Part shown: piece after piece, positions 20,655-32,796 of the stretch
How the letters are laid out: each line of letters opens with the position of its first letter
Position numbering within the stretch: the first letter of the stretch is position 1
Source of the DNA: an uncultured Candidatus Saccharibacteria bacterium
GTDB lineage: Bacteria > Patescibacteriota > Doudnabacteria > UBA920
Length of the DNA stretch: 64,000 bases
Direction of reading: 5' to 3'
Assembly (NCBI GenBank): GCA_964532425.1
Contig: CAZHIA010000001.1
Coordinates: forward strand, 44,889-108,888
Program-made: the position numbers and the translations under genes
The notes under the pieces: model-generated
Told to the model about the DNA's origin: nothing
Seen by the model: only the letters and a program-made list of their open reading frames with translations
Database searches by the model: none

Positions 20655-20885
20655 ATGTCCAAACATTCCAAAGAATCAGAACAATATCTGCGCGATATGC
20701 AGGACTGGCAGAACAAGCAATACCTCCCCGGGGCCTATACCGGCCACGAGATGCCTTTTGCAGTTAAACAATTGGGTAAGAAAAAATGGTTCCGCATTTG
20801 GACAGTTTTCTATCTTATTGTCTTTTTTGTCTTGGTCATTTTTGGTTTGGTGCAAATGGCAATTTATATTCTGCATTCGCGATAG
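20655..20885 (+). CDS. Small single-TM protein
   Basis: 76 aa with C-terminal hydrophobic helix, abuts the next gene. Confidence 0.55.
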   Translation: MSKHSKESEQYLRDMQDWQNKQYLPGAYTGHEMPFAVKQLGKKKWFRIWTVFYLIVFFVLVIFGLVQMAIYILHSR

Positions 20886-20889
20886 CTTT

Positions 20890-21489
20890 ATGGCATTTTT
20901 GTCATCAATTTGGTATTTTTTCCTTAGCCCGCCTAACGGGGTTCGGGCAGCGAGGAAAATGGTCAAGCGCATTCATAAGCGGTTGTTGCGGCTGATTTTT
21001 AATCCTACATATTGGGCAGCAGTGGATTACTTCCATATGGATGATGAAGAGGAAGAAAAGATTGTTAGCCTCTTGCGGTTTAATGCCCTTGCCATGACCC
21101 AACTTATGTTGGATTTTGCCGCAGATTCAGTGCATAACCCGGATCAGCGTGAGTTGTACCGCGAGACTAAGAACTGTTTGATTTCGGAATTCTTGGCAAC
21201 GCTTCAGCCGGACGATGACGAAGAGGGGGACGGAGATGCCGGATGGCGACAAATGGTAGCCATCCAGTACGAGCAATTGCGGCAGACGCATGATGCTTTA
21301 AAAGACCAACTGCCCGATCCTAAGCTTATCAACAACTGGGTTCTCGTTACCACGCTGAATACGTACATTAATATTCGGGAGAAAGAACCGGACTCTGAAG
21401 ATGACTTGTTCGAACTGCTTTATAATACCTTTGGAGAAATGTCCTCCGATGTCCTTGATCCTGTCATTAGCGAACTAAAACGGATTTGA
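20890..21489 (+). CDS. Hypothetical protein (apparent distant paralog of 35500-36204)
   Basis: ATG at 20890; spacing of EEEKIVSLL...LD and WRQMVAIQY matches the other gene. Confidence 0.6.
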   Translation: MAFLSSIWYFFLSPPNGVRAARKMVKRIHKRLLRLIFNPTYWAAVDYFHMDDEEEEKIVSLLRFNALAMTQLMLDFAADSVHNPDQRELYRETKNCLISEFLATLQPDDDEEGDGDAGWRQMVAIQYEQLRQTHDALKDQLPDPKLINNWVLVTTLNTYINIREKEPDSEDDLFELLYNTFGEMSSDVLDPVISELKRI

Positions 21490-21699
21490 GATTTGAGCTG
21501 TTTCCCTCTTCTCCTTCCAGGAGAAGATGTCCGCCTCCGGCGGACAGATGAGGTGATTATGTAGTGCAAGCCATTGACCTGCTGTTTCCTGTAGGGGCGG
21601 ATAGTATCCGCCGAAATCAAATAGTGTCATCCGGAATAAAAATACCAGCACCAAAATTTGGTGCTGGCTTTTGTAATGGCACACGAGTGCCGTTTTGTG

Positions 21700-22758
21700 T
21701 CAGACTGTTGCACGTTTGAGAGTAGCAGGCAGTGGCTCCATTTCCATGACCGCTTTGCGGAGTGCTTCGGCTGCACGCTCGGGCGGCAGGGGGTTAATGT
21801 AGTACCCGGTGCTGAATTCGAATCCGGCAACCTTGGTGATGCGCGGAATAATGCGCAGGCGCCAGCGGAAGAATTCCTCGGGCTTGCAGTACACGTTGGG
21901 CGGGGCTTCCTCGAGGAACATATTAAACGGCGGCAAGTACTTGAGGACCTTGTCCAGGGCCTTGAACGACATACTCATCATGGTGGCCAGTTCCTGGAAC
22001 TGGGCGCGGTTGTCGGTCAGCCGGGCCGTACTCTTCAGGGGCAGGATGGTCATTTCGAACGGGACCTTGCTGGCATACGGGCAGTAGCAGAGGAAATTGC
22101 CGCTGTGGCGCACGACCAGTTTGTGCTGGTCGGCCTGGTTGATGGCGTCCTGGAAAATGTCGCGGTTGTGCTGCTGCTGGTATTCGCGGCAGCGGAACAG
22201 CCGGTGATTGATCTTCTCCGGAACATCCGGCAAGGCAATAATCTGCCAGTGCGGATGCTCCAGGCTGGCGCCGGCTTCGCTGCCGAAGTTCTTGAATAGC
22301 TGGACGTAGCGGATCCGCTCGTGGCTGTACAGCGCGGAGAAGCGGTCGTCGGCCACCTGCAGGACGTTGAGGAGTTTCCAGACCGGCATGGCCGAGATTT
22401 CCTCGTTGTGCACGGCGGTCTCAATAATGACTTCGTGCGCGCCGAACGCGTTGGTAATAACCGAACTGCCGGCATCCTGAATGACGAACGCGGACCGCTC
22501 TTCGGGCGTGGCGGCAGGGTACTTGTTGGGCACGACGCGGAGCGTCCACTTCTGGCCGGGTTCGCCGAGCCGGATAATTTCCGGCGGGGGAACCATGTCC
22601 TCGTTACCGGTACAGAACGGGCACTTGGGATCGTGGCACGGCTTTTCGAGCTTGGCTTCGACATCAACTTTCTTTGCAAAATCGTCGGGGCGCATGGCCC
22701 GGTCGGTTGCAACAATGACCGGAGTCTCGCTGATCAATGATCGCCTGATATCTGACAT
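21700..22758 (-). CDS. galT: Galactose-1-phosphate uridylyltransferase
   Basis: RAMRP, CPFCTGNE, VPNKYP, GASLEHPHWQ (HPH), AGFEFSTGYYINP. Confidence 0.9.
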   Translation of the reverse strand: MSDIRRSLISETPVIVATDRAMRPDDFAKKVDVEAKLEKPCHDPKCPFCTGNEDMVPPPEIIRLGEPGQKWTLRVVPNKYPAATPEERSAFVIQDAGSSVITNAFGAHEVIIETAVHNEEISAMPVWKLLNVLQVADDRFSALYSHERIRYVQLFKNFGSEAGASLEHPHWQIIALPDVPEKINHRLFRCREYQQQHNRDIFQDAINQADQHKLVVRHSGNFLCYCPYASKVPFEMTILPLKSTARLTDNRAQFQELATMMSMSFKALDKVLKYLPPFNMFLEEAPPNVYCKPEEFFRWRLRIIPRITKVAGFEFSTGYYINPLPPERAAEALRKAVMEMEPLPATLKRATV

Positions 22759-22829
22759 ACAGGCCTCCTTTGCACCCATTGTAGTCCAAAGCTAACTTAA
22801 TAGCAAAGGCTGGTGAAATAACCTTCTCC

Positions 22830-23195
22830 ACATAGGTGTAGTGCAGGCCCTCTTGTCCGCCGAAGCCTTGGCGAAGGTGGATGACCTGCTCAGCCCCTGT
22901 AGGGGCGGATACCATCCGCCCGGGATTAAAGCAGACGAGGTAGAATGGTAAGTTTAAGCTGTCAGTAAATGTAGTGCAGGCCCTCGGCCTGCTGGGAGAT
23001 GGCGTTTCTCCCTCTCCTTATTCGCAGATCTGCCATAGTTTTAACGTAGGAGGACATAGGAGAGGATGAAGGTGAGGTTATTGACACAGAGAGTACTGAA
23101 GGTAGAGGTTGCAGTCACCCCCTCTCCTTGCATAGGAGAGGGTAGGGGTGAGGTTATTTGGTGTATGTAGTGCAGGCCCTTGGCCTGCAAGGTGC
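22830..23195. repeat. Dense cluster of mixed REP/RPE-like palindromes
   Basis: gtagtgcaggccc...ggcctgc units, gtaggggcggataccatccgccc and ccccctctcctt...ggagagggtaggggtgagg. Confidence 0.7.
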
Positions 23196-23272
23196 AGGAG
23201 TTTAAATCCAATTCGCCATCATCTTCAAAACAAGTTACAATTAAGACAAGAAATTCTTAATTTGAAACACAT

Positions 23273-23536
23273 ATGGACCAAGTTTATAACAATTGCCAGA
23301 GCTGCGGCATGCCGCTCAAACGCGATCCTCAAAACGGGGGAACGAATGCGGATGGCAGCAAATCGACCATGTACTGCAGCTATTGTTATGTGAATGGCCA
23401 GTTTATGAATCCCACCATGACCGCCCAAGAGATGCAGGTCTTCTGCAAAGGCAAGTTAAAAGAAATGGGGTACCCTGGTTTTGTTGCCTCATTCCTCACT
23501 TGGAACATCCCCCGCCTCGCCCGGTGGAAGAAGTAA
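23273..23536 (+). CDS. Zinc-ribbon domain protein (Zn_ribbon_2-like)
   Basis: CQSCGMP, GTNADGS, YCSYCY, IPRLARW. Confidence 0.85.
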   Translation: MDQVYNNCQSCGMPLKRDPQNGGTNADGSKSTMYCSYCYVNGQFMNPTMTAQEMQVFCKGKLKEMGYPGFVASFLTWNIPRLARWKK

Positions 23537-23539
23537 TCT

Positions 23540-23755
23540 GCATTTTCTCCTCTCCTTATGAGGAGAGGGATTAAGGGAGAGGTTGCAGTCACCCCCTCTC
23601 CTTGCATAGGAGAGGGTAGGGGTGAGGTTATAAACCCTCCTCTCTTTGCTCGAAGATCCAACGCAGCCTCGCGCGAAGTTGGATAAAGAGAGGGGTTAGG
23701 GGTTCCGTTGCATTTCCCCCTCTCTTTGTCTAAAGAGAGGGGTTAGGGGTGAGTT
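23540..23755. repeat. Tandem RPE-like palindromes (ccccctctc...gagagggg-taggggtgag)
   Basis: Four related units; 23578-23631 is identical to 23104-23157. Confidence 0.7.
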
Positions 23756-23798
23756 TAAAGCTAGGCACTATTTACTCGTTACTATTTACTCGTTCCCA

Positions 23799-24344
23799 AT
23801 GACCTGGAAAACCCACGCCGCCATCGGCGCCAATAGTATTTGGCTTGTTCCATTTTTCAGCACGGTCGACCAGACCATGCTTATGTATTTAATCGTGGCC
23901 GTAGTGGCCAGCCTTTTGCCAGACATCGACGCTGTCACCGCCAAAATCCATTACATTGGCGGGGGAGCGCTTGGTATTTTCCGCGGCATGTTCCGGGGCA
24001 AGCTCTTTCACCACCGTGGTATGATGCATTCCGTCTTCGTGGCACTGTTGTTCTCTATGATAATCTGGATCTTTTCGCGTCACACGTACCCAATGCTCGG
24101 CGCGGTCTTCTTTGTTGCCTACCTGAGCCACTCCGTCATTGACGGCTTTAACACTTCGGTGGGATTTCTCTACCCCTTCATCCCCAAACGCTTCGCCCTC
24201 GTCCCCAAACCCCTCCAATCTCACGTCGGCGGCCTCACCGACAACCTCTTCCTCTTCATCGGCCTCCTCGGCCTATTGCTATTCTTTATGACCTTCCGCG
24301 ATCAGCTTCTATTAAACAACCTCTCCACTCTCCCGAAATATTAG
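23799..24344 (+). CDS. Membrane metal-dependent hydrolase (YdjM-like)
   Basis: MTWKTH, SLLPDID, HRGMMHS, SHSVID. Confidence 0.85.
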   Translation: MTWKTHAAIGANSIWLVPFFSTVDQTMLMYLIVAVVASLLPDIDAVTAKIHYIGGGALGIFRGMFRGKLFHHRGMMHSVFVALLFSMIIWIFSRHTYPMLGAVFFVAYLSHSVIDGFNTSVGFLYPFIPKRFALVPKPLQSHVGGLTDNLFLFIGLLGLLLFFMTFRDQLLLNNLSTLPKY

Positions 24345-24561
24345 CTGTAGTATTTCCTCTCCTTGTCCAAGGAGAGGTGGAATGAGGTAATCCCCATTGT
24401 GTCATTCCGACCTACGACAGTGTCCGCCGTAGCTTTACGCGAAGGCTGGAGCCGGAATCCATGCCATACAGAACATCCTACCCGCCCATTTGGCGGGTTT
24501 TTTAAATGGGTGTAAAATACTTATAGAATGGCTGTTTTTGATAGCTTAATTACAGAAATGC

Positions 24562-27507
24562 ATGAGAATAACAGACTGCCACGCTAAATATTTTGCTTAC
24601 GAGTTGACTAAGCGGTGTTCGTCTGATAGTTTAGAAAAATTATCTTCTACTTTATCAAACGCGCAAGTCGATCTAAATCCGCACCAAATTGAAGCGGCTC
24701 TTTTTGCGTTCCGCTCACCATTATCAAGAGGTGCAATTTTAGCCGACGAAGTGGGCTTAGGCAAGACCATTGAAGCCGGTCTGGTGTTGTCCCAAAAATG
24801 GGCGGAGCGTAAACGTAATCTACTGCTAATAGTACCCTCAAGTTTGCGCAAACAGTGGAATGCGGAATTACAGGAGAAGTTTTTTTTGCCCTCGACAATT
24901 TTAGAAACCAAAACATTTAATCAGTATATCAAAGATGGAAACCTAAATCCGTTTATCCAAGAAGACAAAATAATAATTTGTTCTTATCACTTTGCTCGTT
25001 CCAAGGCGCCTTATATTAAACAGACTAAATGGGACCTGGTAGTAATTGATGAAGCTCATAGGCTACGCAATGTCTATAAGACCAGCAATAAAATCGCTAA
25101 AGAGATTAAAACTACACTGGCTGATTTTCCAAAAATCCTCTTAACGGCAACCCCACTACAAAATTCCCTTCTCGAACTTTATGGTCTTGTTAGTATTATC
25201 GATGACCATGTGTTTGGTGATTTGAAAAGCTTTAAAGCCAACTACGCAAGAGTTTCCCGGCAGCAAGATATCTACGAAAGCGAGGTCGGCTTAGTAGAAC
25301 CAAAGCAGGAGATGTTTTCAGACTTGCGGGACCGACTAAAAACTATCTGCATCAGAACGCTTAGGCGGCAGGTACTGGAATATATCAAATATACCAAGCG
25401 TATCCCTTTAACCCAGGACTACGTTCCGACTGAACAGGAAATTGAGTTATATAACGGCATGTCTGCGTATTTACAAAGACCCAGACTTTTTGCCCTACCT
25501 TCCAGCCAGCGCCAACTCATTACTCTTATTTTACGCAAATTACTTGCTTCTTCGTCTTTTGCCATTGCTAGCACACTCAATGGCCTGGTATATAAATTAT
25601 CTAAACTGATTGAAGAAGCCGAGAAGCAGAAGGCTTCAGCTCAAGATGCTGATATTGCTGGAATTGACCAAAACTTTGAAAACTTCGAAGATGTCTCTGA
25701 TGAGTGGATCGATGATGAAGAAGAGGAAGAAACCGGGGCTGATAAGAAGAGTGTTATTTATACCGAAGAAGAGATCGCTTTAATGAAGGAAGAAAAAGCT
25801 GAACTGGAAAAATATCGGGAATTGGCAAAAAAAATCTGGACCAATTCCAAAGGGGATGCTCTGCTGATTGCTCTGCAAAAAGGCTTCGAGATGACCGAAG
25901 ATCTTGGAGCCAAGAAGAAGGCCATCATTTTTACAGAATCGACAATAACCCAAAATTACCTGTTAAACTTGCTTTCTGAAAATGGTTACAAAGATAAAAT
26001 TGTACTCTTTAATGGCTCCAATAATGATGACAAGTCAAAGCAGGTTTATGCCGACTGGATCAAAGCCAATAAGGACACGGATAAAATAACCGGCTCTAAG
26101 ACGGCTGATATCCGCGCTGCGCTGGTAGAGTATTTCCGTGATGATGCGGAGATTATGATAGCAACTGAAGCTGCCGCTGAAGGTGTTAACCTACAATTCT
26201 GCTCCCTGCTTATAAATTATGATTTGCCATGGAATCCTCAAAGGATTGAACAGCGCATTGGTCGCTGTCATCGTTATGGACAAAAGCACGACGTGGTGGT
26301 TATTAACTTCGTAAACCGTAAAAATGCCGCTGATCAGAGAGTTTACGAACTATTGGACCAAAAGTTTAGCCTATTCAAAGGTGTGTTTGGTGCAAGCGAC
26401 GAAGTACTTGGCAGTATTGAATCCGGGGTAGATTTTGAAAAGAGAATCGCTGATATTTACCAGACTTGCCGCACTGAAGAAGAGATTAATACAGCATTCG
26501 ACAACCTGCAGAAGGATATGGATGAAAGCATCCAGGACAGCCTACGGGAAACCAGGCAAAAATTATTAGAAAACTTCGATACCGAAGTACACGAAAAGCT
26601 AAAAGTTAATCTAAAGGAAACTCAGGCCTGTCTTGATACCTTTGAACACTGGCTTTGGGACATTACCAGATATTATCTCAAGGAAAATGCGGATTTCTCC
26701 GAGCATGAGTACTCATTTACCTTAAAAAATAATCCTTTCCCCAAGGAGTCTATTGACGCTGGTCCTTACAGGATTGGTAAGAATATTGAAGATGCTCACA
26801 TATACCGTCCTGGTCACCCGTTGGCACAAAGGATATTAAACCAAGTTAAATTAAAACCTATCGAGGAAGCAGAGGTTATATTTGATTATTCCAACAATCC
26901 AACCATCGTTTCAGTATTGAAACCACTGGTAGGTAAAAGCGGAGTGATGAAAATTTCTAACTATACAGTCGAAGCTTTTGAGGCCGAGGATAATATTATT
27001 GCCTCTGCTATCGATGAATCTGGAGAAGCTATTAACCCCGAGGTTGTGAAAAAACTTTTTTCTTTGTCGGCAGAACATAAGAAGTCAGCATTAGTACCGC
27101 CGGATGTTAAAACTCACCTTGAAAAAATTGAGCAGGAAACGGTTGCTGTAACATCCACTAATATTGCCGAACGCAATAGCACTTTTTTTGACAATGAAGT
27201 CGATAAACTTGAAAAGTGGGCGGACGACGTTAAAAAATCTTTAGAACTGGATCTAAAAAAACTGGATATTGAGATTAAAGCGTCCAAAACAAACGCAAAA
27301 AAAATCGTAAACTTGGAAGATAAGCTAAAAACACAGCGAGAAATTAAAGAAATGGAGAAAAAAAGGAACGAAATGCGAAAAAAGCTTTATGATGCTCAGG
27401 ATGAAGTGGAAGAAAAAAAAGAAGAACTTATAAATAAAGTCGAGGCACAATTGCACCAGAGATCGCATTTAGAACCACTATTTACGATTTACTGGAGAGT
27501 GGTTTAA
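24562..27507 (+). CDS. SNF2-family helicase/ATPase
   Basis: LADEVGLGKT, IDEAH, LTATP, YDLPWNP, EQRIGRCHR; C-terminal coiled coil. Confidence 0.92.
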   Translation: MRITDCHAKYFAYELTKRCSSDSLEKLSSTLSNAQVDLNPHQIEAALFAFRSPLSRGAILADEVGLGKTIEAGLVLSQKWAERKRNLLLIVPSSLRKQWNAELQEKFFLPSTILETKTFNQYIKDGNLNPFIQEDKIIICSYHFARSKAPYIKQTKWDLVVIDEAHRLRNVYKTSNKIAKEIKTTLADFPKILLTATPLQNSLLELYGLVSIIDDHVFGDLKSFKANYARVSRQQDIYESEVGLVEPKQEMFSDLRDRLKTICIRTLRRQVLEYIKYTKRIPLTQDYVPTEQEIELYNGMSAYLQRPRLFALPSSQRQLITLILRKLLASSSFAIASTLNGLVYKLSKLIEEAEKQKASAQDADIAGIDQNFENFEDVSDEWIDDEEEEETGADKKSVIYTEEEIALMKEEKAELEKYRELAKKIWTNSKGDALLIALQKGFEMTEDLGAKKKAIIFTESTITQNYLLNLLSENGYKDKIVLFNGSNNDDKSKQVYADWIKANKDTDKITGSKTADIRAALVEYFRDDAEIMIATEAAAEGVNLQFCSLLINYDLPWNPQRIEQRIGRCHRYGQKHDVVVINFVNRKNAADQRVYELLDQKFSLFKGVFGASDEVLGSIESGVDFEKRIADIYQTCRTEEEINTAFDNLQKDMDESIQDSLRETRQKLLENFDTEVHEKLKVNLKETQACLDTFEHWLWDITRYYLKENADFSEHEYSFTLKNNPFPKESIDAGPYRIGKNIEDAHIYRPGHPLAQRILNQVKLKPIEEAEVIFDYSNNPTIVSVLKPLVGKSGVMKISNYTVEAFEAEDNIIASAIDESGEAINPEVVKKLFSLSAEHKKSALVPPDVKTHLEKIEQETVAVTSTNIAERNSTFFDNEVDKLEKWADDVKKSLELDLKKLDIEIKASKTNAKKIVNLEDKLKTQREIKEMEKKRNEMRKKLYDAQDEVEEKKEELINKVEAQLHQRSHLEPLFTIYWRVV

Positions 27508-27516
27508 GCAAGGTTT

Positions 27517-28176
27517 ATGCACCCCCAATTATATTATCAACACCATTTTTATCCATTATGCTATGGTATTCTACAATCCCATGAGTCTTTTTACTTAACC
27601 TCTGAATTTTGGACCGCCATGGCAGTTGTGGTGGCATTGATTACACCTTGGATTGTAAATTGGCTGAGTAACAAACCTAAGTTGAGTAAAATAAAAGCGA
27701 TAGGAACGAGGGTAGTGGACCAGACAAATTATGATCATGATGAGACTCTAAGAGAAGCATATACTCTCCATGTTGGCAGGCTAGTGTTAAAAAATGAGGG
27801 GGAATACACAGCTAGATCAGTAGAAGCATACTTGGAAAGGATTGTATACGAAGGTGAAGAGAGGAAGGATTTTCTACCCATGCCTCTTTCTTGGACCCAT
27901 GGACAACTTAATAAAGATGGAATTACAGTAAGAGATATCTATCCTAATCAAGCAGTTTATTTGGATGTTTTCAACCATTTTTTTAATCCTTATATTGTTG
28001 GTGATAGGGAAACTAAATTTGCTGTTGGGACTGGCGAGAACTTCGAAAATCTATCTTATGTCAATACTGGAAAATCAGATGTATATATAAAGTTTTATCA
28101 AGAAAGTGGACAGGTTAATACAGTACATTTAATCAGTAATTGGGATAATGGGGTCCCTGAATTATCAATTGTATGA
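27517..28176 (+). CDS. Hypothetical protein with N-terminal TM, between SNF2 and Mod
   Basis: AT-rich ORF overlapping the Mod start codon (GTATGA). Confidence 0.65.
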   Translation: MHPQLYYQHHFYPLCYGILQSHESFYLTSEFWTAMAVVVALITPWIVNWLSNKPKLSKIKAIGTRVVDQTNYDHDETLREAYTLHVGRLVLKNEGEYTARSVEAYLERIVYEGEERKDFLPMPLSWTHGQLNKDGITVRDIYPNQAVYLDVFNHFFNPYIVGDRETKFAVGTGENFENLSYVNTGKSDVYIKFYQESGQVNTVHLISNWDNGVPELSIV

Positions 28177-29843
28177 ATGACCATAAACAAAAACTGGAAT
28201 TAACATGGATTGGTAAGAATGAAGAGCTTAGGCTCGAACCTCGAATTCTGATTGAGGATCCCGATAAATCTTATGGTGATGTGGAATCGGAGAATCTTCT
28301 CATTCATGGTGACAATCTTCTCGCTCTGAAAGCTCTTCAGCAAGACTTCGCAAGTCGTGTTAAGTGTGTGTATATTGATCCACCCTATAATACAGGTAAG
28401 GCTTTCGACAAATATGATGACGGTATCGAACATTCAATTTGGCTCAATTTAATGCGCCCACGGATTGAGTTGCTTCACAGCCTTTTGGCTACCGATGGGA
28501 TAGTTTGGATCTCTTTAGATGACGTAGAAGTACATTATATGAAAATATTGTGTGACGAAGTATTCGGAAGAAATAATTTTATAGCTTCGTTGCCAACTAT
28601 TATGAATCTCAAAGGTAATAATGATGAATTTGGCTTTGCTGGTACTCATGAATACACTTTGGTTTACGCAAAAGATATATCCACCGCAAAAATTGGAATG
28701 TATGAGATTGATGAAGAAGAGATGGAGGATTGGGAAAAGGATGATATTGGGTTTTTCAAAAGAGGTGCAAATTTAAAAGCGACTGGAACAAACGCTCCCA
28801 GAGAAAAAAGACCAAACTTATATTATCCTTTATATGTTAGCGAAGATAATACCGTATCTATTACAAGACAGTCTGCTTCAGATGTAGAAATATTGCCTAT
28901 TACTGATGGGAAAGAAATGTCTTGGAGATGGAGTAAAGATAAAGTAACCAATGAGCCTTACAATATTATCATAGTTAGGAATGGTGATAATGTCTCTGTT
29001 TATAAAAAACAAAGGCCAGAGATTGGTGAACTGCCAAGTAAAAAACCAAAAACGTTATTTTATAAACCAGAGTATAGTAGTGGTAATGGAACTTCCCAAT
29101 TAAAGAGGTTGTTTGGGGAGGTGGTTTCTGTTTTTCCTTATCCAAAACCAGAAGAATTGATAGCTGATTTTATAAAGTTAACTACTTCTCCAGGAGATAT
29201 TATCCTGGATTCATTTCTTGGTTCTGGTACTACAGCTGCGGTGGCGACAAAGTTAGGAAGAAAATGGATAGGTGTTGAGATGGGGGATCATTCCTATACT
29301 TTGTGTGTACCACGTTTGCGATTAGTAATAGATGGTAAAGATGATGGAGGTATATCAAAAAAAGTAAACTGGAAAGGTGGTGGGGGGTTTAAATTTTATA
29401 ATCTTGCTCCCAGCTTGTTACGGAAGGACGGCTTTGGAAATTTTGTAATTGATGAAAAATATAATGCAAACATGTTGGCTGCAGCTGTGTGCAAGCATGA
29501 AGGTTTTAAATACTTCCCTGACGAAACTTTGTATTGGAAACAGGGTAGATCCACGGAAGCTGACTATATTTTTGTAACCACAGGTTTTGTTACAGTTGAA
29601 CAGCTTGATAAAATCCACGCGGAGATGAAGGAAGGGGAGAGCTTGTTAATTTGCGCCAAAGCTTATGCTTCAGGGTGCGAAAATCATTGTGGAAATATCA
29701 CTGTCAAGAAAATCCCCCAAATGATTTTGGGGAAATGCGAATTTGGGAAAGATAATTATGATCTAAACATTATCAAAGCCACAGAGGCTGAAGCTGAAGA
29801 AGCCGAAATGGCGCAAGTAATCGAAATGTCAGATGAACAATAA
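28173..29843 (+). CDS. mod: Type III R-M DNA methyltransferase (Mod)
   Basis: [32 protein letters not shown]. Confidence 0.92.
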   Translation: MNDHKQKLELTWIGKNEELRLEPRILIEDPDKSYGDVESENLLIHGDNLLALKALQQDFASRVKCVYIDPPYNTGKAFDKYDDGIEHSIWLNLMRPRIELLHSLLATDGIVWISLDDVEVHYMKILCDEVFGRNNFIASLPTIMNLKGNNDEFGFAGTHEYTLVYAKDISTAKIGMYEIDEEEMEDWEKDDIGFFKRGANLKATGTNAPREKRPNLYYPLYVSEDNTVSITRQSASDVEILPITDGKEMSWRWSKDKVTNEPYNIIIVRNGDNVSVYKKQRPEIGELPSKKPKTLFYKPEYSSGNGTSQLKRLFGEVVSVFPYPKPEELIADFIKLTTSPGDIILDSFLGSGTTAAVATKLGRKWIGVEMGDHSYTLCVPRLRLVIDGKDDGGISKKVNWKGGGGFKFYNLAPSLLRKDGFGNFVIDEKYNANMLAAAVCKHEGFKYFPDETLYWKQGRSTEADYIFVTTGFVTVEQLDKIHAEMKEGESLLICAKAYASGCENHCGNITVKKIPQMILGKCEFGKDNYDLNIIKATEAEAEEAEMAQVIEMSDEQ

Positions 29844-32520
29844 AGCACAAAATATCGAAAACAGGTTAAGCCTAAGAACTCCGCAGTCAGATAGCTTGCA
29901 GATCCTGGAACAACTAGCAGACGTGCTGGGGCTTAAAAAAGATGTTAATGTCGCTGCTGAACTTTCTAAGGTCCAGGCGCTTTATCCAACCTGTTCTGAC
30001 TTTGAGCGGGATTTTCCCTCTGTCTGCTTTTCGCTGGCTACCGGCGTGGGCAAAACCCGTCTAATGGGTGCTTTTATTTCTTATCTCTTTACGGCAAAGG
30101 GAATAAAGAACTTTTTTGTTCTAGCCCCAAATTTAACCATATATGAAAAATTAAAAGCTGAATTAAGCGAGCCTAATCATCCTAAGTACGTATTTAAGGG
30201 GATTAGCGAATTTGCAGTTGATAGACCCGTAGTTATAAGCGGAGACGATTATACCCAAGCCAGCTCAACGCTATTTAGTGATAAGGTCAGTATAAATATT
30301 TTTAATATTTCCAAAATAAATTCGGAAGTCCGGGGAGGAAAAGAGCCTAGAATTAAACGGCTATCTGAATATTTAGGTGAATCGTACTTTAACTATCTCG
30401 CGTCACTACCTGATTTAGTGTTACTGATGGACGAATCCCACCACTACAGGGCAGACGCCGGCTTACGGGCTATTAACGAGCTTAAGCCGATATTAGGTTT
30501 GGAGCTTACGGCTACGCCTATAGATGCCAATGGCAATAAATTTAAAAATGTAGTATTTGATTACCCTCTAGCCCTGGCTTTAAAAGACGGCTTCGTAAAA
30601 GAACCCGCAGTAGCCACGAGGAGGAATTTCAACCCTATTCAATACAGAAATGATCCAAAGGAGTTGGATTTGATTAAACTGGAAGATGGGATAAGGATTC
30701 ATGAGGATACCAAAGTTGCTCTTGATATATATTCCCGAGACTCAGGCCGTAAACTAGTAAAGCCATTCGTGTTAGTCGTGACTCAAAATACAGACCATGC
30801 CAAAGAAATACATGAACTTATAGAGTCAGACAAATTCTTTGAGGGACGATACAAGGGAAAGGTTATCGAAGTTCACTCCAGGCAAACAGGAGAAGAAAAG
30901 GAAGAGAATATCGAAAAACTTCTTGCCTTGGAAAAACCTGAAAATACAATCGAAATTGTCATTCACGTGAACATGCTCAAAGAAGGTTGGGATATTGCCA
31001 ACTTATACACCATCATTCCTTTGCGTGCTGCAAATTCGGTGATCTTAACTGAACAAACCATTGGTCGTGGGTTACGGTTGCCTTACGGCGAGCGTACTGG
31101 CGATGCAAAAGTAGATAAATTGACCATAATAGCGCACGATAAATTCCAAACTATTGTTGACGCAGCTAATGACCCCAACTCTATAATTCGGCTGGAGAAT
31201 ATTATCGAGATTGATCCGGAAATCCTATCTGGTACCCAAGAAGTGATAGTGTCCACTTCAAGTTTGGATTTTGCTTTAGAACAACAGCGAACGGAAATTG
31301 CCACGATAACGAACGCTGAAGAAAAAGAGAAAGCGGAATTAGGGCTTGAGACACAAAAAATTATTTCTGAAACCATTGCCCATATTGGCAGCGGTATCAA
31401 AAATATAAATGATCTAAAAACCGACGAAGTCCAAAAGATAGTCTATCAAAAAATGGCCGAAAGGATTGACTTAAATCCGCAAAAACTTTTGCCAAACTTC
31501 AAAGCCCAAATTATGGAACGGGCTAAGGAAGCTTATACTACGGTTGTCGATAAATTACTAGAAAAGACCATACCCATTCCTCGAATATTAATTCAGCGAA
31601 AAGATGAAATCAAAAGCGGGTTTCATGATTTTGACTTAGATATAAGCAGTCTCAACTACCAGCCTGTAACGGACGAGATAATCAGGCGCACTTTAAGAAC
31701 CAACACTAGCGAGATTTTACACACCGAAGGAACGGGTATAATTAAAGATCTACCAGAAAACATTTTGGTAAACGAGCTAATTAATTATCCTGAAGTGGAT
31801 TACGACCGGGAAGCAGCTCTCCTCTACAAGCTTGCTAAACAGGCCATAGCTAAACTGGGTGTAAACCGCTGCAAGGAAGATTTAGAAAATATTGTCTGGT
31901 ACTACAAACGAGAGATCGGAAAGTATATATATGCCCAACTGCAGCAACACTTCTATCTAGAAGAGAGCGGTTTTGAAGAACCAGTGGTATATCCCTATAC
32001 GAAGATTGAGCCACATAATTATTCGAAGTTCACTGCAGACAGCATTTTCAATTACAGCGAAACCATCAACCCAACGAGCGCAATACCAACCAAAATTTTT
32101 GGTGGGTTTAAGAAAGCCTGTCATAACTTATACAAATTTGACTCTAAAACAGAAAAGGATTTCGCGTCAATTTTAGAGAGTGACAGGAATGTATTAAAGT
32201 GGTTGCGTCAATCACCTAGTCAATTTAGGATATACTGGGCCAAAAATTCCAAACAGTATTATCCCGATTTTGTAGTAGAGACATCGGATTCGATTTACTT
32301 AGTCGAAACGAAAGCACAGGATCAAGTAGGCTCGCCGGATGTATTAGACAAAAAAGAATCAGCACTCAGATACTGTAAGTTTGCCAGTGATTATAATGCT
32401 AAAAATGGTGGGAAGCCGTGGAAATATGTTTTGATCCCTCATACAGAAGTTTCCTCGAATATGAGCTTTGACTACTTTGTTGATAGATTCCAACAAGAAC
32501 TAAATGTGATCCCTGCATAG
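29833..32520 (+). CDS. res: Type III R-M restriction subunit (Res)
   Basis: [33 protein letters not shown]; C-terminal YYPDFVVE...VETK nuclease motif. Confidence 0.9.
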   Translation: MNNKAQNIENRLSLRTPQSDSLQILEQLADVLGLKKDVNVAAELSKVQALYPTCSDFERDFPSVCFSLATGVGKTRLMGAFISYLFTAKGIKNFFVLAPNLTIYEKLKAELSEPNHPKYVFKGISEFAVDRPVVISGDDYTQASSTLFSDKVSINIFNISKINSEVRGGKEPRIKRLSEYLGESYFNYLASLPDLVLLMDESHHYRADAGLRAINELKPILGLELTATPIDANGNKFKNVVFDYPLALALKDGFVKEPAVATRRNFNPIQYRNDPKELDLIKLEDGIRIHEDTKVALDIYSRDSGRKLVKPFVLVVTQNTDHAKEIHELIESDKFFEGRYKGKVIEVHSRQTGEEKEENIEKLLALEKPENTIEIVIHVNMLKEGWDIANLYTIIPLRAANSVILTEQTIGRGLRLPYGERTGDAKVDKLTIIAHDKFQTIVDAANDPNSIIRLENIIEIDPEILSGTQEVIVSTSSLDFALEQQRTEIATITNAEEKEKAELGLETQKIISETIAHIGSGIKNINDLKTDEVQKIVYQKMAERIDLNPQKLLPNFKAQIMERAKEAYTTVVDKLLEKTIPIPRILIQRKDEIKSGFHDFDLDISSLNYQPVTDEIIRRTLRTNTSEILHTEGTGIIKDLPENILVNELINYPEVDYDREAALLYKLAKQAIAKLGVNRCKEDLENIVWYYKREIGKYIYAQLQQHFYLEESGFEEPVVYPYTKIEPHNYSKFTADSIFNYSETINPTSAIPTKIFGGFKKACHNLYKFDSKTEKDFASILESDRNVLKWLRQSPSQFRIYWAKNSKQYYPDFVVETSDSIYLVETKAQDQVGSPDVLDKKESALRYCKFASDYNAKNGGKPWKYVLIPHTEVSSNMSFDYFVDRFQQELNVIPA

Positions 32521-32796
32521 AATAGATAACATACCAGGTACCTTTTTTATAATAATGTAAGGTTATGGCTAATTTCAATTTAACAGTAGGAGTGTTAAAG
32601 GAGGTGAAGGGCGTTGTTTAGATTTATCGAGAGAACAGCCGTACAATATTTTGTTGGGAACTACTAGAAGAGGGAAAGGGGTATTGTATAATCATTTATA
32701 TAGTCAGTTGGCCAGGCAAAACTCGCCGGAGGAGGTGGGTTTGTTTTTATAGAGGGTATAAAACTCAAAGTTATTTACCATCTGCCCTAATCCTAC

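Noticed and set aside
20590-20889. N-terminal extension of the 299-aa ORF
   Set aside because: It runs through REP sequence and overlaps the 20655-20885 gene; the ATG at 20890 is more plausible.
21658-22299. Long shadow ORFs (also 56781-57632, 60327-61349, 15192-15950, 45594-46319)
   Set aside because: Antisense to well-supported genes and without recognisable motifs.
24562-32520. Complete DISARM or BREX system
   Set aside because: No DUF1998, phospholipase D, PglZ or BrxC genes nearby; Mod and Res motifs fit type III R-M.
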